Shown: one piece after another, positions 7,626 to 16,521 of the stretch
Layout: each line of letters opens with the position of its first letter
Position numbering within the stretch: position 1 is the stretch's first letter
Virus record (IMG/VR): IMGVR_UViG_3300026311_000001
Location: 1 to 64,000 of that record
From: a virus
DNA length: 64,000 nucleotides
Direction: 5' to 3' (one strand)
Notes under the pieces: model-generated
Database searches by the model: none
Seen by the model: the letters and a program-made list of their open reading frames with translations, nothing else
What the model was told of the DNA's origin: nothing
Program-made: the position numbers and the translations under genes

Positions 7626-7895
7626 ATGAATGTACTCTTAGTTGATATATTAACAGGAGAAGCCGGAATAAGATCAAAAACAGATACTGCTAAACATCTT
7701 AAGCTATCCCTTAACTTTCTTAATAAGCTAATCAAAAAAAAAGTAAAGATAATAGACCATTATTTTATTACTACCAATATAACCTTTTATAAACAGAACA
7801 AAGGTTCAAATCTTGTCGCTATTAATAATTTCCGCAAACAGCACGCCCTAAACCGTATTAAAATATCGGATAATGTAACAAATGTCACAATTTAA
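7626..7895 (+). CDS. hypothetical protein
   Basis: Track ORF of 89 aa, 6 nt after the previous ORF. Confidence 0.35.
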   Translation: MNVLLVDILTGEAGIRSKTDTAKHLKLSLNFLNKLIKKKVKIIDHYFITTNITFYKQNKGSNLVAINNFRKQHALNRIKISDNVTNVTI

Positions 7896-8479
7896 CCCAT
7901 GTAAACTAGTTTTTTCTGTAAACTTGGGGAGGGATTTATTTGTTTTAAACAGAAATAAACTACTTATCCTACCACATTACTAGGATAAATTAACTTGTCG
8001 TATAAGTAATATTATGTTAAATAGAATTGTAACTATTTGAGTATCAATATATCTATTCTAACGTGTTGCTTGTATGTGTTTAATATGATAGTAATTCGGA
8101 CACAATGACAGTAAAATATAAGGTATAATAGGCATATGTACATAGCTTCATACACCATATCATATCATACACCATATCATATATACATAACCCGTCTGTA
8201 AGCGCGCTAATAAAAGGATTGAAGGCAATTGGATCAACCCCAGGGGGGTGAAATGAATGCGATTTTCTGGAGGGATGGCCCCGTCAATACGATATATTTG
8301 ATTCCCCCGAACGTTTATATTTCGCAAAGACCCCATATATCAACCCTCGCATACATATAATTCTCAAAGGTTATTTCAGGGAAAAACATAAAAAAAGATA
8401 TAATTATTGGTGAAAAATGTTTGGTGGGATAAAAAATAGTTGTTATATTTGGCAAGTTAATAACATTTATACGGGTAGA

Positions 8480-8671
8480 ATGGCAATTTTCGATAGATTA
8501 GTAGAATTAAGGAAGGAAAAAAGAATAAGTCAGAGGAATATGGCTATAAAATTAGGGATGAAAGCGGGACGGTTAAACAGGTATGAAAAGGGAGATAGAA
8601 AGATAAGCATTGAATTTGTTGAGGATTATGCAGATAAGTTAGGATACGAGATAAGATTAATGGTAAAATAA
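8480..8671 (+). CDS. XRE-family helix-turn-helix regulator
   Basis: MAIFDRLVELRKEKRISQRNMAIKLGMKAGRLNRYEKGDRKISIEF matches the classic HTH_3 pattern. Internal ATG of track ORF 8417..8671. Confidence 0.7.
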   Translation: MAIFDRLVELRKEKRISQRNMAIKLGMKAGRLNRYEKGDRKISIEFVEDYADKLGYEIRLMVK

Positions 8672-9156
8672 TGGTTTATAAAAAGATTTGTGAGTATTGT
8701 GGAAAAGAATATATTGGTAGTGTCAAGAACCAAAAATATTGCTCTCATAAATGTAGTTCAGATTTTCAAAGAGATAAATATGAGAGTACTCCTGATGCTG
8801 TAATGAGGTTTTGGGTATTCGAGAGGGATAATTTTAAATGCATATATTGTGGAAGAAGTTCTATAGAACATGGGGTAACATTGCATTTAGATCATGTATT
8901 TCCTAAGTATTCTGGCGGACTTAATACATTTTACAATGTAGTTACTTCATGTGGGCGATGTAATTTTGAAAAAGGATCAAGTAAAATATCAAAGAAAAAC
9001 ATTTTGCGAATATGGAGCAAAAATAAAAAACTAGGAGTTCGAACTCCTTATAAATATGCAGACGAGATAATAGAGGAATTCGAAGAAAGGTATCCAACAA
9101 GAACTCTTGATCTCATGCAATATTTTAATATAAAAAAGAAAGAGTTTAGTAATTAA
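8671..9156 (+). CDS. HNH endonuclease
   Basis: CIYCGRSS..HLDHVFPKYSGG..N..TSCGRCNFEKG carries the HNH and Zn-finger signature. Its start abuts the stop of the XRE gene. Confidence 0.8.
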   Translation: MVYKKICEYCGKEYIGSVKNQKYCSHKCSSDFQRDKYESTPDAVMRFWVFERDNFKCIYCGRSSIEHGVTLHLDHVFPKYSGGLNTFYNVVTSCGRCNFEKGSSKISKKNILRIWSKNKKLGVRTPYKYADEIIEEFEERYPTRTLDLMQYFNIKKKEFSN

Positions 9157-9307
9157 ACAAATAATAAAGTTCTTTGAAAGACACTGACTGGAAGCCTGAA
9201 TAGGTGGATGGTCGGTTAGTTCTGAGGTGTGGCGGAAGCGATCACGGATGATCCGGTTGGACATGCAAAATCCGTGATTGATAAGTAGACGTTTTGATCC
9301 AGCGTAA

Positions 9308-9694
9308 CTACCACCTTGTTACGCCGTTATATAACTCCGAAGTGGTATGTAGGATTACCAGTATCGAATCTGGTCGCTTCAGGACATTTTTAAGAAGCGT
9401 AGATGAATGCAATAACCAAATTTGACGAGTGGATTCTTGTTTAAGCCTACGAACCATTTGAGATATAGACAAACGAGGGATGTAACGAATTAAGAAATGA
9501 ATGTGATCTTTGTCTGTTTCCATAACCTCAATTTCAAAATCAGAACCATCTGCAATAGATTGAAAGATTCGCTTAATATCATCATTTAACTGACCAATTA
9601 ACATTGGCTTACGATACTTACAAACAAAGATTAAATGACATTTGAGGTAATGTTTAGACCGATTTGTTGTGATGTAATTAGATTTTTTGGACAT
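9308..9694 (-). CDS. tnpA: IS200/IS605-family Y1 (HUH) transposase TnpA, C-terminus atypical
   Basis: CHLIFVCKYRKPML...DKDHIHFLIRYIPRLSISQMVRRLKQESTRQIW contains the HUH (HIH) motif and conserved helix. The last ~35 aa do not look like the usual FW..GYF...Y tail, so the protein may be decayed. Confidence 0.65.
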   Translation of the reverse strand: MSKKSNYITTNRSKHYLKCHLIFVCKYRKPMLIGQLNDDIKRIFQSIADGSDFEIEVMETDKDHIHFLIRYIPRLSISQMVRRLKQESTRQIWLLHSSTLLKNVLKRPDSILVILHTTSELYNGVTRW

Positions 9695-9735
9695 AAAACT
9701 TGTATAGTATGTGGTTTATTATTATCTTTGCTGAA

Positions 9736-10047
9736 ATGAGAAAACAACTAGAAAAGTTAGATGGTCAGCGTATAAAGTTGACTGCGGTTATTGATAGGTT
9801 TGGCACTAAACGAAATTATCATGGGTTTCCTGAAAACACCGTATGCTTCAAGAATGTACAGGATTTAGATGGTAACTTACTAACAGACCATATCTGGTTT
9901 ACAGTAGGCAAGACAATAGCAAACCTAACCCTTAAAGAAGGGGATAGAATAATGTTTGAAGCCCGTGTATCAGGCTACATAAAGGGGTACTATAATGACC
10001 AGTTCGATTATAAGTTAAACAATATATCAAGATTACAACATGCTTAA
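9736..10047 (+). CDS. hypothetical protein
   Basis: Track ORF 9700..10047; likely ATG at 9736 (MRKQLEKLDGQ...). Confidence 0.5.
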   Translation: MRKQLEKLDGQRIKLTAVIDRFGTKRNYHGFPENTVCFKNVQDLDGNLLTDHIWFTVGKTIANLTLKEGDRIMFEARVSGYIKGYYNDQFDYKLNNISRLQHA

Positions 10048-10150
10048 AGTTTACATATACGGGTTGAAATGTCCTGAAAAAGGAATTGTCAGATACGTTG
10101 GAAAAAGCAAAAACCCAAAGAAAAGACTTCAAAACAACGCGAAAGAATAG
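10040..10150 (+). pseudogene. GIY-YIG homing-endonuclease N-terminal remnant
   Basis: MLKVYIYGLKCPEKGIVRYVGKSKNPKKRLQNN carries the GIY..YVG motif, then stops at TAG after 36 codons. Confidence 0.5.
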
Positions 10151-10238
10151 AAAAACGGCATAAGCGAGAGATACTTAGAAAACTTAACCATAAAAAATGC
10201 AGATAGTTGTTTTCATGGGTTAATTAGGTTAAAGGTTG

Positions 10239-10273
10239 AACCCCCGGCGTGATGAACCGGGGGTTTTGTTTTT
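10239..10273 (+). terminator. rho-independent terminator
   Basis: AACCCCCGG-cgtgatga-ACCGGGGGTT followed by TTGTTTTT. Confidence 0.6.
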
Positions 10274-10296
10274 CCAAAAATTATTCATAAATATTT

Positions 10297-10350
10297 CGGC
10301 AAGGAAACCCATTGGTCAGCTTTGCTGCCGATGGGAGGAATTGCCGCCTC
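10297..10350 (+). repeat. IS left-end-like palindrome
   Basis: CGGCAAGGAAACCCATTGGTCAGCTTTGCTGCCGATGGGAGGAATTGCCGCCTC is nearly identical to the reverse complement of 48300-48353 (upstream of tnpB 47075..48229). Confidence 0.6.
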
Positions 10351-10388
10351 AAAGTTAAATTAAATTTGGTTGTTTCAAACAAATGAAC

Positions 10389-10396
10389 TATATTTG
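10389..10396 (+). promoter_or_regulatory. Bacteroidota-type -7 box TATATTTG
   Basis: Matches TAnnTTTG, with TTTG about 20 nt upstream (aaatTTGGttg...). Confidence 0.4.
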
Positions 10397-10397
10397 T

Positions 10398-10530
10398 GCA
10401 GTGAAAGACCATAGAGAAAAAAGACAAAAAGTTAGGAGTTCTATTCAACGAAAAGGCACAAGGTCGTCTAAGCGACTTTTGAAACGGCTTTCTGGTCGTG
10501 AAAGAACTTTTGGCACAATCACCAATAAAT
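10398..10530 (+). pseudogene. tnpB internal fragment
   Basis: Translates to ..REKRQKVRSSIQRKGTRSSKRLLKRLSGRERT.., which aligns with REHRQKVRSSIQAKADTSKRSTKRNCRKLSKRLSGKERT of TnpB 47075..48229. The RuvC domains are absent. Confidence 0.55.
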
Positions 10531-10764
10531 ACACATTTTATGCAGGCATCGAGGATTGAGGTATTTCCCGGTCGGTTATACATTGAAAGAGAGAAGATAC
10601 CGGAAGGTATAATAAAAAATCCTCTTTACAAGAAAAGGTATGAGAACCGGAGAAGGAACAAAGGTAAGGTACTGAAAGCCCATAAGGACAGTATCTTTAA
10701 AGAAAACGACGATGTATTTTTCAGGGCAAGAAATGGGTTAATCATAGGCGATAATGCCGTAATA

Positions 10765-11052
10765 ATGGAAAAAGATGTAATACTTAAAAATATGGAATTA
10801 ATAGGAGACAGGATATTAGTAGAGCCGATAGAACCAGAAAAGGTAACAGAGGGCGGGTTAATAGTGCCTGATACGGTTGAGTTAAGACCTCAGATGGGTT
10901 ATGCAAGGGCGATAGGTGAAGGAGTAAGGTCGGGTAAGGTAAAAGAAGGAGATAAGCTGTTGTTCTCAAAAGATGCCGGGATAAATTTCGAGCATGAAGG
11001 TAAGAGGATGATCATTGTCCAGTTCGAGAAGGAAGTAATCGCGATACTATAA
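10765..11052 (+). CDS. groES: GroES-like co-chaperonin (Cpn10)
   Basis: MELIGDRILVEPIEPEKVTEGGLIVPDTV..PQMGYARAIGEG.......VKEGDKLLFSKDAGINFEHEGKRMIIVQFEKEVIAIL follows the GroES consensus (LGDRVLV, TAGGIVLPD, VGDKVLFSKYAG). The start is 10765 or 10792. Confidence 0.8.
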   Translation: MEKDVILKNMELIGDRILVEPIEPEKVTEGGLIVPDTVELRPQMGYARAIGEGVRSGKVKEGDKLLFSKDAGINFEHEGKRMIIVQFEKEVIAIL

Positions 11053-11054
11053 AA

Positions 11055-11306
11055 CCAATAACGATTAAACAAAAACATCGTAATAATAGAGCAATTCAAT
11101 TAAATAGAAAAGGATTTAAACCATCAATAAGAAAACAACGATATAATATTCAACCAAAAGATTTAATATGGATAAATGGTAAAAAATATGTAACAAGTGG
11201 AACACATTGTAATGGTAAAAGAATAATACTTGAAAAAACAAAAAAATCAATTAACATTAATAATATTGAAAAAGTGTTTAATTTTGGTAGTTTTGTTTGG
11301 AATTAA
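11055..11306 (+). pseudogene. IscB-like C-terminal fragment
   Basis: ..RKQRYNIQPKDLIWINGKKYVTSGTHCNGKRIILEKTKKSININNIEKVFNFGSFVWN* resembles the C-terminal beta-rich tail of IscB-type proteins. It has no start and no HNH or RuvC part. Confidence 0.35.
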
Positions 11307-11324
11307 TAATTATAATTTAAATAT

Positions 11325-11374
11325 GGAGCGACAATTCCTCCCACAAACTAAAAGATTTGTGGGTTTCCTTGTCG
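11325..11374 (-). repeat. IS left-end-like palindrome (inverted relative to 10297-10350)
   Basis: GGAGCGACAATTCCTCCCACAAACTAAAAGATTTGTGGGTTTCCTTGTCG shares its flanks with 48300-48353. Confidence 0.55.
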
Positions 11375-11552
11375 AAAAGATTATAAAATATATTATCCTC
11401 TGGACTCCTGTTCTTGGTGGGATATTATATCTGTTGAAACTTTTGGATGATTTTTTTGAACCGGTAGACCAAAAGAAAGTATTCTGGCAGATATGGAAGG
11501 TATATCAGTCAGTAGTCATTTCCGGTGGTGTTTTGGTTAGTTACATCAACCT

Positions 11553-12401
11553 ATGCTTTTAAAGGATATCAACACCTCAAAATTCGTATTTGACCCTAAG
11601 TCAAAAGACTTTGAGGAAAAGGTATTATTAGAAGTAGATTCGGCAGACCTTTCAAAAGGTCGCAAGAAATGGTTTACTTACTTGTCAATAGTATATGATC
11701 CTGCAAGTGAGATAAGAAGGAACTACAGGGAGTATATCCAGAGAAAGTTTATAGCTGCACAGATTGCCGGGTTTGAGTTAGATGAATCGGGGAGGTTCTC
11801 AAATAAAACTGAAGAGAAACTATTAAAGCAAGACCGTAACTTCAATAAGGTAGTATGTAATTTTTGCCGGGTAATACTCAATAAAGATTACGAGCTGTAC
11901 GAACTGCTCATAGAGAAATTTAACCTTGAAATACGCAAGAGGCAGGATTCCGGTGAGCCGTTAGATGAGACAGGAAGGAAGAACCTTCAGGCGATGAAAG
12001 CGGATATTGAAGAACTGGAAATAAAGATATTCGGTGGTGAAGAATCGGTAGGGTTAAAAGACCAATTGTACAATCACCTGTTAGAGTTTTTACTTGATAA
12101 GTACCATCAGGGTATAGAAGTACATAAGAATTCAGACAAGTCGCTATCTAATAAAGACAGGCAGTTATTGCAGAATATTAAGTCAGATATAGAAATCCTT
12201 GAAAAAACGATATTAGGAATTGTGGAAGTAGATCTGAAAAAGCAGCTTTATGAGGGCGTCGATTCGGTAAAAGATCCGTTACCGAGGAAAGAGGTAGAGA
12301 TGGTAGAGTTCGAGAAGAACGGGTTAATGCCGTATAGTCCTTACGGGCTTACATATAAACCAGACAAGCTAAGGTTTGTCGGAGATAAAATACCACAATA
12401 A
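11553..12401 (+). CDS. hypothetical protein with internal duplication
   Basis: 282-aa ORF. Two similar segments: RKNLQAMKADIEELEIKIFGG..LKDQLYNHL and RQLLQNIKSDIEILEKTILG..LKKQLYEGV. Confidence 0.6.
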   Translation: MLLKDINTSKFVFDPKSKDFEEKVLLEVDSADLSKGRKKWFTYLSIVYDPASEIRRNYREYIQRKFIAAQIAGFELDESGRFSNKTEEKLLKQDRNFNKVVCNFCRVILNKDYELYELLIEKFNLEIRKRQDSGEPLDETGRKNLQAMKADIEELEIKIFGGEESVGLKDQLYNHLLEFLLDKYHQGIEVHKNSDKSLSNKDRQLLQNIKSDIEILEKTILGIVEVDLKKQLYEGVDSVKDPLPRKEVEMVEFEKNGLMPYSPYGLTYKPDKLRFVGDKIPQ

Positions 12402-12665
12402 ATGAAAGCATTTTTATTTTTTTACAACAAACAGGAGTGGCTTAGAGATAGTCCGAGTGAAAAATCTATTATAATTGGAGCAGGAATAAAGATAGGATTT
12501 AATAAATCTTATTTTGAATATTTTAATCCAGGAAAGGAAATATGGCCAAATGGAGGTAAAAAAGGTAAATATATATTTCATGTTTATCTTTTCTTTTCAA
12601 GATGGAATGTTGATATAATATTTTACAAAAAAGATGATAGGAAAAGCACTAAGTCCGGTACTTGA
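12402..12665 (+). CDS. hypothetical protein
   Basis: Track ORF starting 1 nt after the previous stop. Confidence 0.35.
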   Translation: MKAFLFFYNKQEWLRDSPSEKSIIIGAGIKIGFNKSYFEYFNPGKEIWPNGGKKGKYIFHVYLFFSRWNVDIIFYKKDDRKSTKSGT

Positions 12666-12912
12666 AGAAATAGAGAGAAAATTATGGCAATTTGAGGCCA
12701 ACGGAGGAGATAAGCCTAATTATGATTTAGCCGGGTTCAGAGCTTCCATGAAAATATTTATGAGTACATTACTCGATAAGATGTGTGAATTACAGGAGAA
12801 GGAAGGTATGAGTATTGAGGACAGGGGTAATATGGCTGAAAAAGTAGGATTAGAGTTAAGAAAATTAGTAAAGACGTACACTGATATAGACACCATTGAA
12901 CTTTTCAAATGA
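12634..12912 (+). CDS. hypothetical protein
   Basis: Track ORF of 92 aa. Confidence 0.5.
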   Translation: MIGKALSPVLEEIERKLWQFEANGGDKPNYDLAGFRASMKIFMSTLLDKMCELQEKEGMSIEDRGNMAEKVGLELRKLVKTYTDIDTIELFK

Positions 12913-13121
12913 CTTGGCACGAGAAAAATAAAGAACACGTAAGGGCGTATCAAAAAGCGTACAGAGATACCGACCACGAGTTATATCTGGCAATGAGGAA
13001 AGCGTACTATCAGAAGAACAGAGAAAAGCTACTCAAAAGGCAGCGAGAATATTATCAAAGAACCCGTGAGGAAAGAATCAAATATCAGAAACAATGGATA
13101 CAAAACCAGAAGGCAGCGTGA
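12909..13121 (+). CDS. hypothetical basic Tyr/Lys/Arg-rich protein
   Basis: Track ORF with a 4-nt overlap to the previous ORF; contains repeated Y..(K/R)..E.. spacing. Confidence 0.5.
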   Translation: MTWHEKNKEHVRAYQKAYRDTDHELYLAMRKAYYQKNREKLLKRQREYYQRTREERIKYQKQWIQNQKAA

Positions 13122-13196
13122 AATTAACCGATAAATAGTAATTATCGGCAAAATAACCGAATATGGTGGCGTGAAAAAGCGAAATTTTAGAATGAT

Positions 13197-13204
13197 TATA
13201 TTTG
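13197..13204 (+). promoter_or_regulatory. Bacteroidota-type -7 box TATATTTG
   Basis: GATTATATTTGTGCAG is the same context as 10389-10396. Confidence 0.35.
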
Positions 13205-13316
13205 TGCAGTTAAAAAAGCTGCGATAAAAATATTTTATTTGTTCATTCAAATAAATCCTGGCTAAAGTTCTTTCTACTTCGCAGTTTTTTGACTAAGCCA
13301 GGATTTTTTATTATAT

Positions 13317-14051
13317 ATGGTAAGAATTTGCGTAGACTATATTGATCAGATCAAGGACAATCATAATAAGATGAATGCTTTTGCTTTATGGTTGAAGTTG
13401 AAGATTCGTTACCGCAATGGAGTTATCTACGATTACACACCGGAAAAAATATCAAATACCTTTAAAGTTTCAGTATATCATGTAAAAAAGTTAATCCCTA
13501 TTCTTGAAAATATGGGATTAGTGAAAATTTGTAATTACAAAAATGAGGTAAGAATAATAATTGAAAGTTTTAGAAAGATATCTACAGGAAACAATCTCAA
13601 AAAAAATGCAGACATACACATGACGGATAGTCTTGATGTGGTTGTAGCAAAACTGAGGGCTATCCTGTTTTTGTTTACTATTAACCGGCAGCGCAAATTA
13701 GTTGATGTAACAACAAATTTAAAAGAGCTCAAATTAAAGTGGAGAACCTTAAAAAGGTTAACACTGAAATATCAAAAGACCCGTAACGGTCTTGATAATG
13801 TTGATACAAACATCTATTCCGGCTACCGGTTATTAGCAAACGCTTGTGGAATTAGTATAGCAAGTACAAAAAAAATGTTGTTGTATTTTGTCAAGTTCGG
13901 TATTATTAAGCAATTCAAGCGGTACATTATCGAAGCCGATGAAACACACAACGAATTTTTACTTGCTGAGAAATACTCACTCCATAAGGGATATTACTTT
14001 TCAAAGAACAAAACAGTCTACAAGCATTTAGGTACTATATTCGTATTCTAA
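13317..14051 (+). CDS. putative DNA-binding protein (possible small terminase; uncertain)
   Basis: 244-aa ORF directly upstream of the large terminase. Two HTH-like stretches (ISNTFKVSVYHVKKLIPILENMGLV; LLANACGISIASTKKMLLYFVKFGII). The call rests on position only. Confidence 0.3.
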   Translation: MVRICVDYIDQIKDNHNKMNAFALWLKLKIRYRNGVIYDYTPEKISNTFKVSVYHVKKLIPILENMGLVKICNYKNEVRIIIESFRKISTGNNLKKNADIHMTDSLDVVVAKLRAILFLFTINRQRKLVDVTTNLKELKLKWRTLKRLTLKYQKTRNGLDNVDTNIYSGYRLLANACGISIASTKKMLLYFVKFGIIKQFKRYIIEADETHNEFLLAEKYSLHKGYYFSKNKTVYKHLGTIFVF

Positions 14052-14153
14052 TAAAAGCTCTATAGATTGTTCAAGTTTTTCATATACAAATATATGGAAA
14101 GTTTTTTTCTTTTGCAAATATTGATATATTCACATATTGAGATACTTACATAA

Positions 14154-16472
14154 ATGAAGTACGCTAAAGACTATCTACCACACGATCAATATCTAGTAAT
14201 AAACGATAACGACACATCGCTACGCCCTGTAGTATTAAAACTTCCTGATCCCCCGGATTTAAAACTAATAGATGGTTACGGACTACCGATACACGAACAA
14301 TACTTTATAAGAAAAGAGACTCCCGATAAATTACTTCAGGTAGAAAAGAGGGCCAGAAAGGAAATAGAGAAGCAAAACGAAAAGAGTTCCAACAACAGGT
14401 TCAATGGGTATCACATTCAAAAAGAGTTCTGGAAAATAATAGAAGAAGAAAGAGACAGCCTACAGGAGGAAATAAAGTGGATGTGGGCTAATCACTGGTA
14501 TCTGAGGTATGGGTACTGGTTTTACAACTGCGGTAAGCCTACGTATATATCACCGTGGCACTTCTATTTTCTTAACTTCCATTATCTCAATGAAGGTAAA
14601 TGTTACCCTGACTACAGAGATGTGGACAGGAGAAATAATCTTGCTAAGTGGTATGCGTATACGTGTATGGAAACATTTTCAGAGATTGACAACGAAGGCA
14701 ATCCGGTAAGTTTGGATATGAAAGATGTCGGCAGGAGATTATTTTTCGGAGAGATAAAGCCCAAACGGAGGAGGGAGGGGGCATCGAACCAAGCGTTATC
14801 AGTAGGGAAATGGATACTCATGAATAACAAATCAGCGTTTTGTGATATTGTTGCGGATGAAGGAGACCATGCGGAAGGATTATTCAAAGACAAGCTGGCT
14901 CCGTCATGGTTTTATACTCCGTTATGGCTTAAGCCTATTTGGGACGGTAATGAGATACCTACATCCGGGATAAACCTTTCACAACCCAAGACGGCATTAA
15001 AAGAAGATTGTTTAATGTCATACTTTGGGTTTACTAAAAAGTCAACAGACAGGGCGTTAGACTCAGGACAGTATATGTTTGTATTATCTGATGAGAGTGG
15101 TAAGGGACGTGTTAGGGGTAACGTTTCAAGTGCTTGGGCCATTATTAAAGAAACACTTGCGCAAGACTTAATTATTCACGGGTGGAGTTCTCATCCATCA
15201 ACGGTAGAAGAAATAGAATCAGGTGGGGGAGAATATAGAACAATGTTCGAGTTATCAGATTTCTATAAAAGAAAACCTTCAGGACAGACATTATCAGGAT
15301 TATTCAGAATATTCAATCCTGCTTATGATGGCATGGACGGTTTTATAGATAGGTGGGGATATTCAGTAATAGAAAAGCCTACGGAACTACAGTTAAAGTA
15401 CCCTGCATTAAAAAACCCTATATACGCACACGAGAATAAAGGGGCGAAAGAATCCCTTCAAAACGAACTCAATGCGTACCTTAATGACGGTAGTTACGAG
15501 AAGTTAAAAGAATACCGCCAATTGTTAAGAAAAAAACCGATGTGTCTTACGGATTGTTGGAGAGGATCAGCAGGAGACATGGGTTATAATATAATTAAGA
15601 TAGACAAGGCGATAGTCGATGCAAAGAACACTAAAACATATAGGGGTAACTTTTATTGGGCTATCCCCGATCAGATAGTAGGTTGGATAAATGACCCTAA
15701 AGGCCGTTGGATAGTATCTGATTTTCTTATCGGAAGGTGTAATAAGTGGAAATATACGATATCTAACCATACAGATCCGGCAACGGGTAAAAGGGTAAAA
15801 GCGAAAGCCCCGATGAATTCTTTAATATGTACTGCCGGTATAGACCCTTACAGAAGTAGAACTGCATCGCAGGCACAGAGTAAAGAATACGGTGAAAATA
15901 CTAACCTGTCAGATGGAGGCGGGGCGATACTATTAAATCCTGATTCGGTATTAAATGGGGACTTGCCGGACGATCAGTGGCCAACCCCTAAATTTATATG
16001 CACGTACAGGAACCGTATGAACACGTTAAAAGAGTACGCTGAAGATATGCTTATGATGTGTTTCTATTATGGTGCGCCGTGTATGGGAGAAAGAAATACG
16101 GAGTATGTAATAGACTATTTTATAGAAAGGGGTTACGCCGGGTATTTAATATACCTGATGGGCGCAACGGGTAAAATAGCACCTCAACCGTGGGTATTCT
16201 CAGGCGGTCAGAATAATACCGCAAAAGGCGATATGATCAATTTTACGGCAGAGCATATTGAGAAACACGTACAGAATGAATGTCACGTGGACTTACTAAC
16301 AGAATGGAAAAGTATAAGCTGCCCGGAGGATTATCATAAGAAAGACTTAGCTACAGCAGCCGGATGGGCTTTATTCGGATACCAGAAAGGATACCAGAAG
16401 AAGATCGACAGGATAGAAAGGGGTAGGGTTATAGATTTAAGTAAATCATGGTTAAGGCCACATAGTATTTGA
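14154..16472 (+). CDS. terminase large subunit (putative)
   Basis: 772 aa and the first gene of a terminase-portal-scaffold-capsid order. It has a Walker-B-like FVLSDESG and an acidic nuclease-like AGIDPY motif. No database confirmation. Confidence 0.65.
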   Translation: MKYAKDYLPHDQYLVINDNDTSLRPVVLKLPDPPDLKLIDGYGLPIHEQYFIRKETPDKLLQVEKRARKEIEKQNEKSSNNRFNGYHIQKEFWKIIEEERDSLQEEIKWMWANHWYLRYGYWFYNCGKPTYISPWHFYFLNFHYLNEGKCYPDYRDVDRRNNLAKWYAYTCMETFSEIDNEGNPVSLDMKDVGRRLFFGEIKPKRRREGASNQALSVGKWILMNNKSAFCDIVADEGDHAEGLFKDKLAPSWFYTPLWLKPIWDGNEIPTSGINLSQPKTALKEDCLMSYFGFTKKSTDRALDSGQYMFVLSDESGKGRVRGNVSSAWAIIKETLAQDLIIHGWSSHPSTVEEIESGGGEYRTMFELSDFYKRKPSGQTLSGLFRIFNPAYDGMDGFIDRWGYSVIEKPTELQLKYPALKNPIYAHENKGAKESLQNELNAYLNDGSYEKLKEYRQLLRKKPMCLTDCWRGSAGDMGYNIIKIDKAIVDAKNTKTYRGNFYWAIPDQIVGWINDPKGRWIVSDFLIGRCNKWKYTISNHTDPATGKRVKAKAPMNSLICTAGIDPYRSRTASQAQSKEYGENTNLSDGGGAILLNPDSVLNGDLPDDQWPTPKFICTYRNRMNTLKEYAEDMLMMCFYYGAPCMGERNTEYVIDYFIERGYAGYLIYLMGATGKIAPQPWVFSGGQNNTAKGDMINFTAEHIEKHVQNECHVDLLTEWKSISCPEDYHKKDLATAAGWALFGYQKGYQKKIDRIERGRVIDLSKSWLRPHSI

Positions 16473-16521
16473 GTGAAATTTCAGTTTTACAGAAATCTTA
16501 TTTTTACAGAAAAATAAGTAA

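Noticed and set aside
10040-10238. An in-frame TAG at 10148, followed by a continuing open frame, raised the idea of stop-codon reassignment (TAG read as sense, as in some Bacteroidota phages).
   Set aside because: All large genes are intact under the standard code, and TAG is used as a genuine terminator elsewhere (for example 59313, 60629, 62275). A decayed GIY-YIG gene is the simpler explanation.
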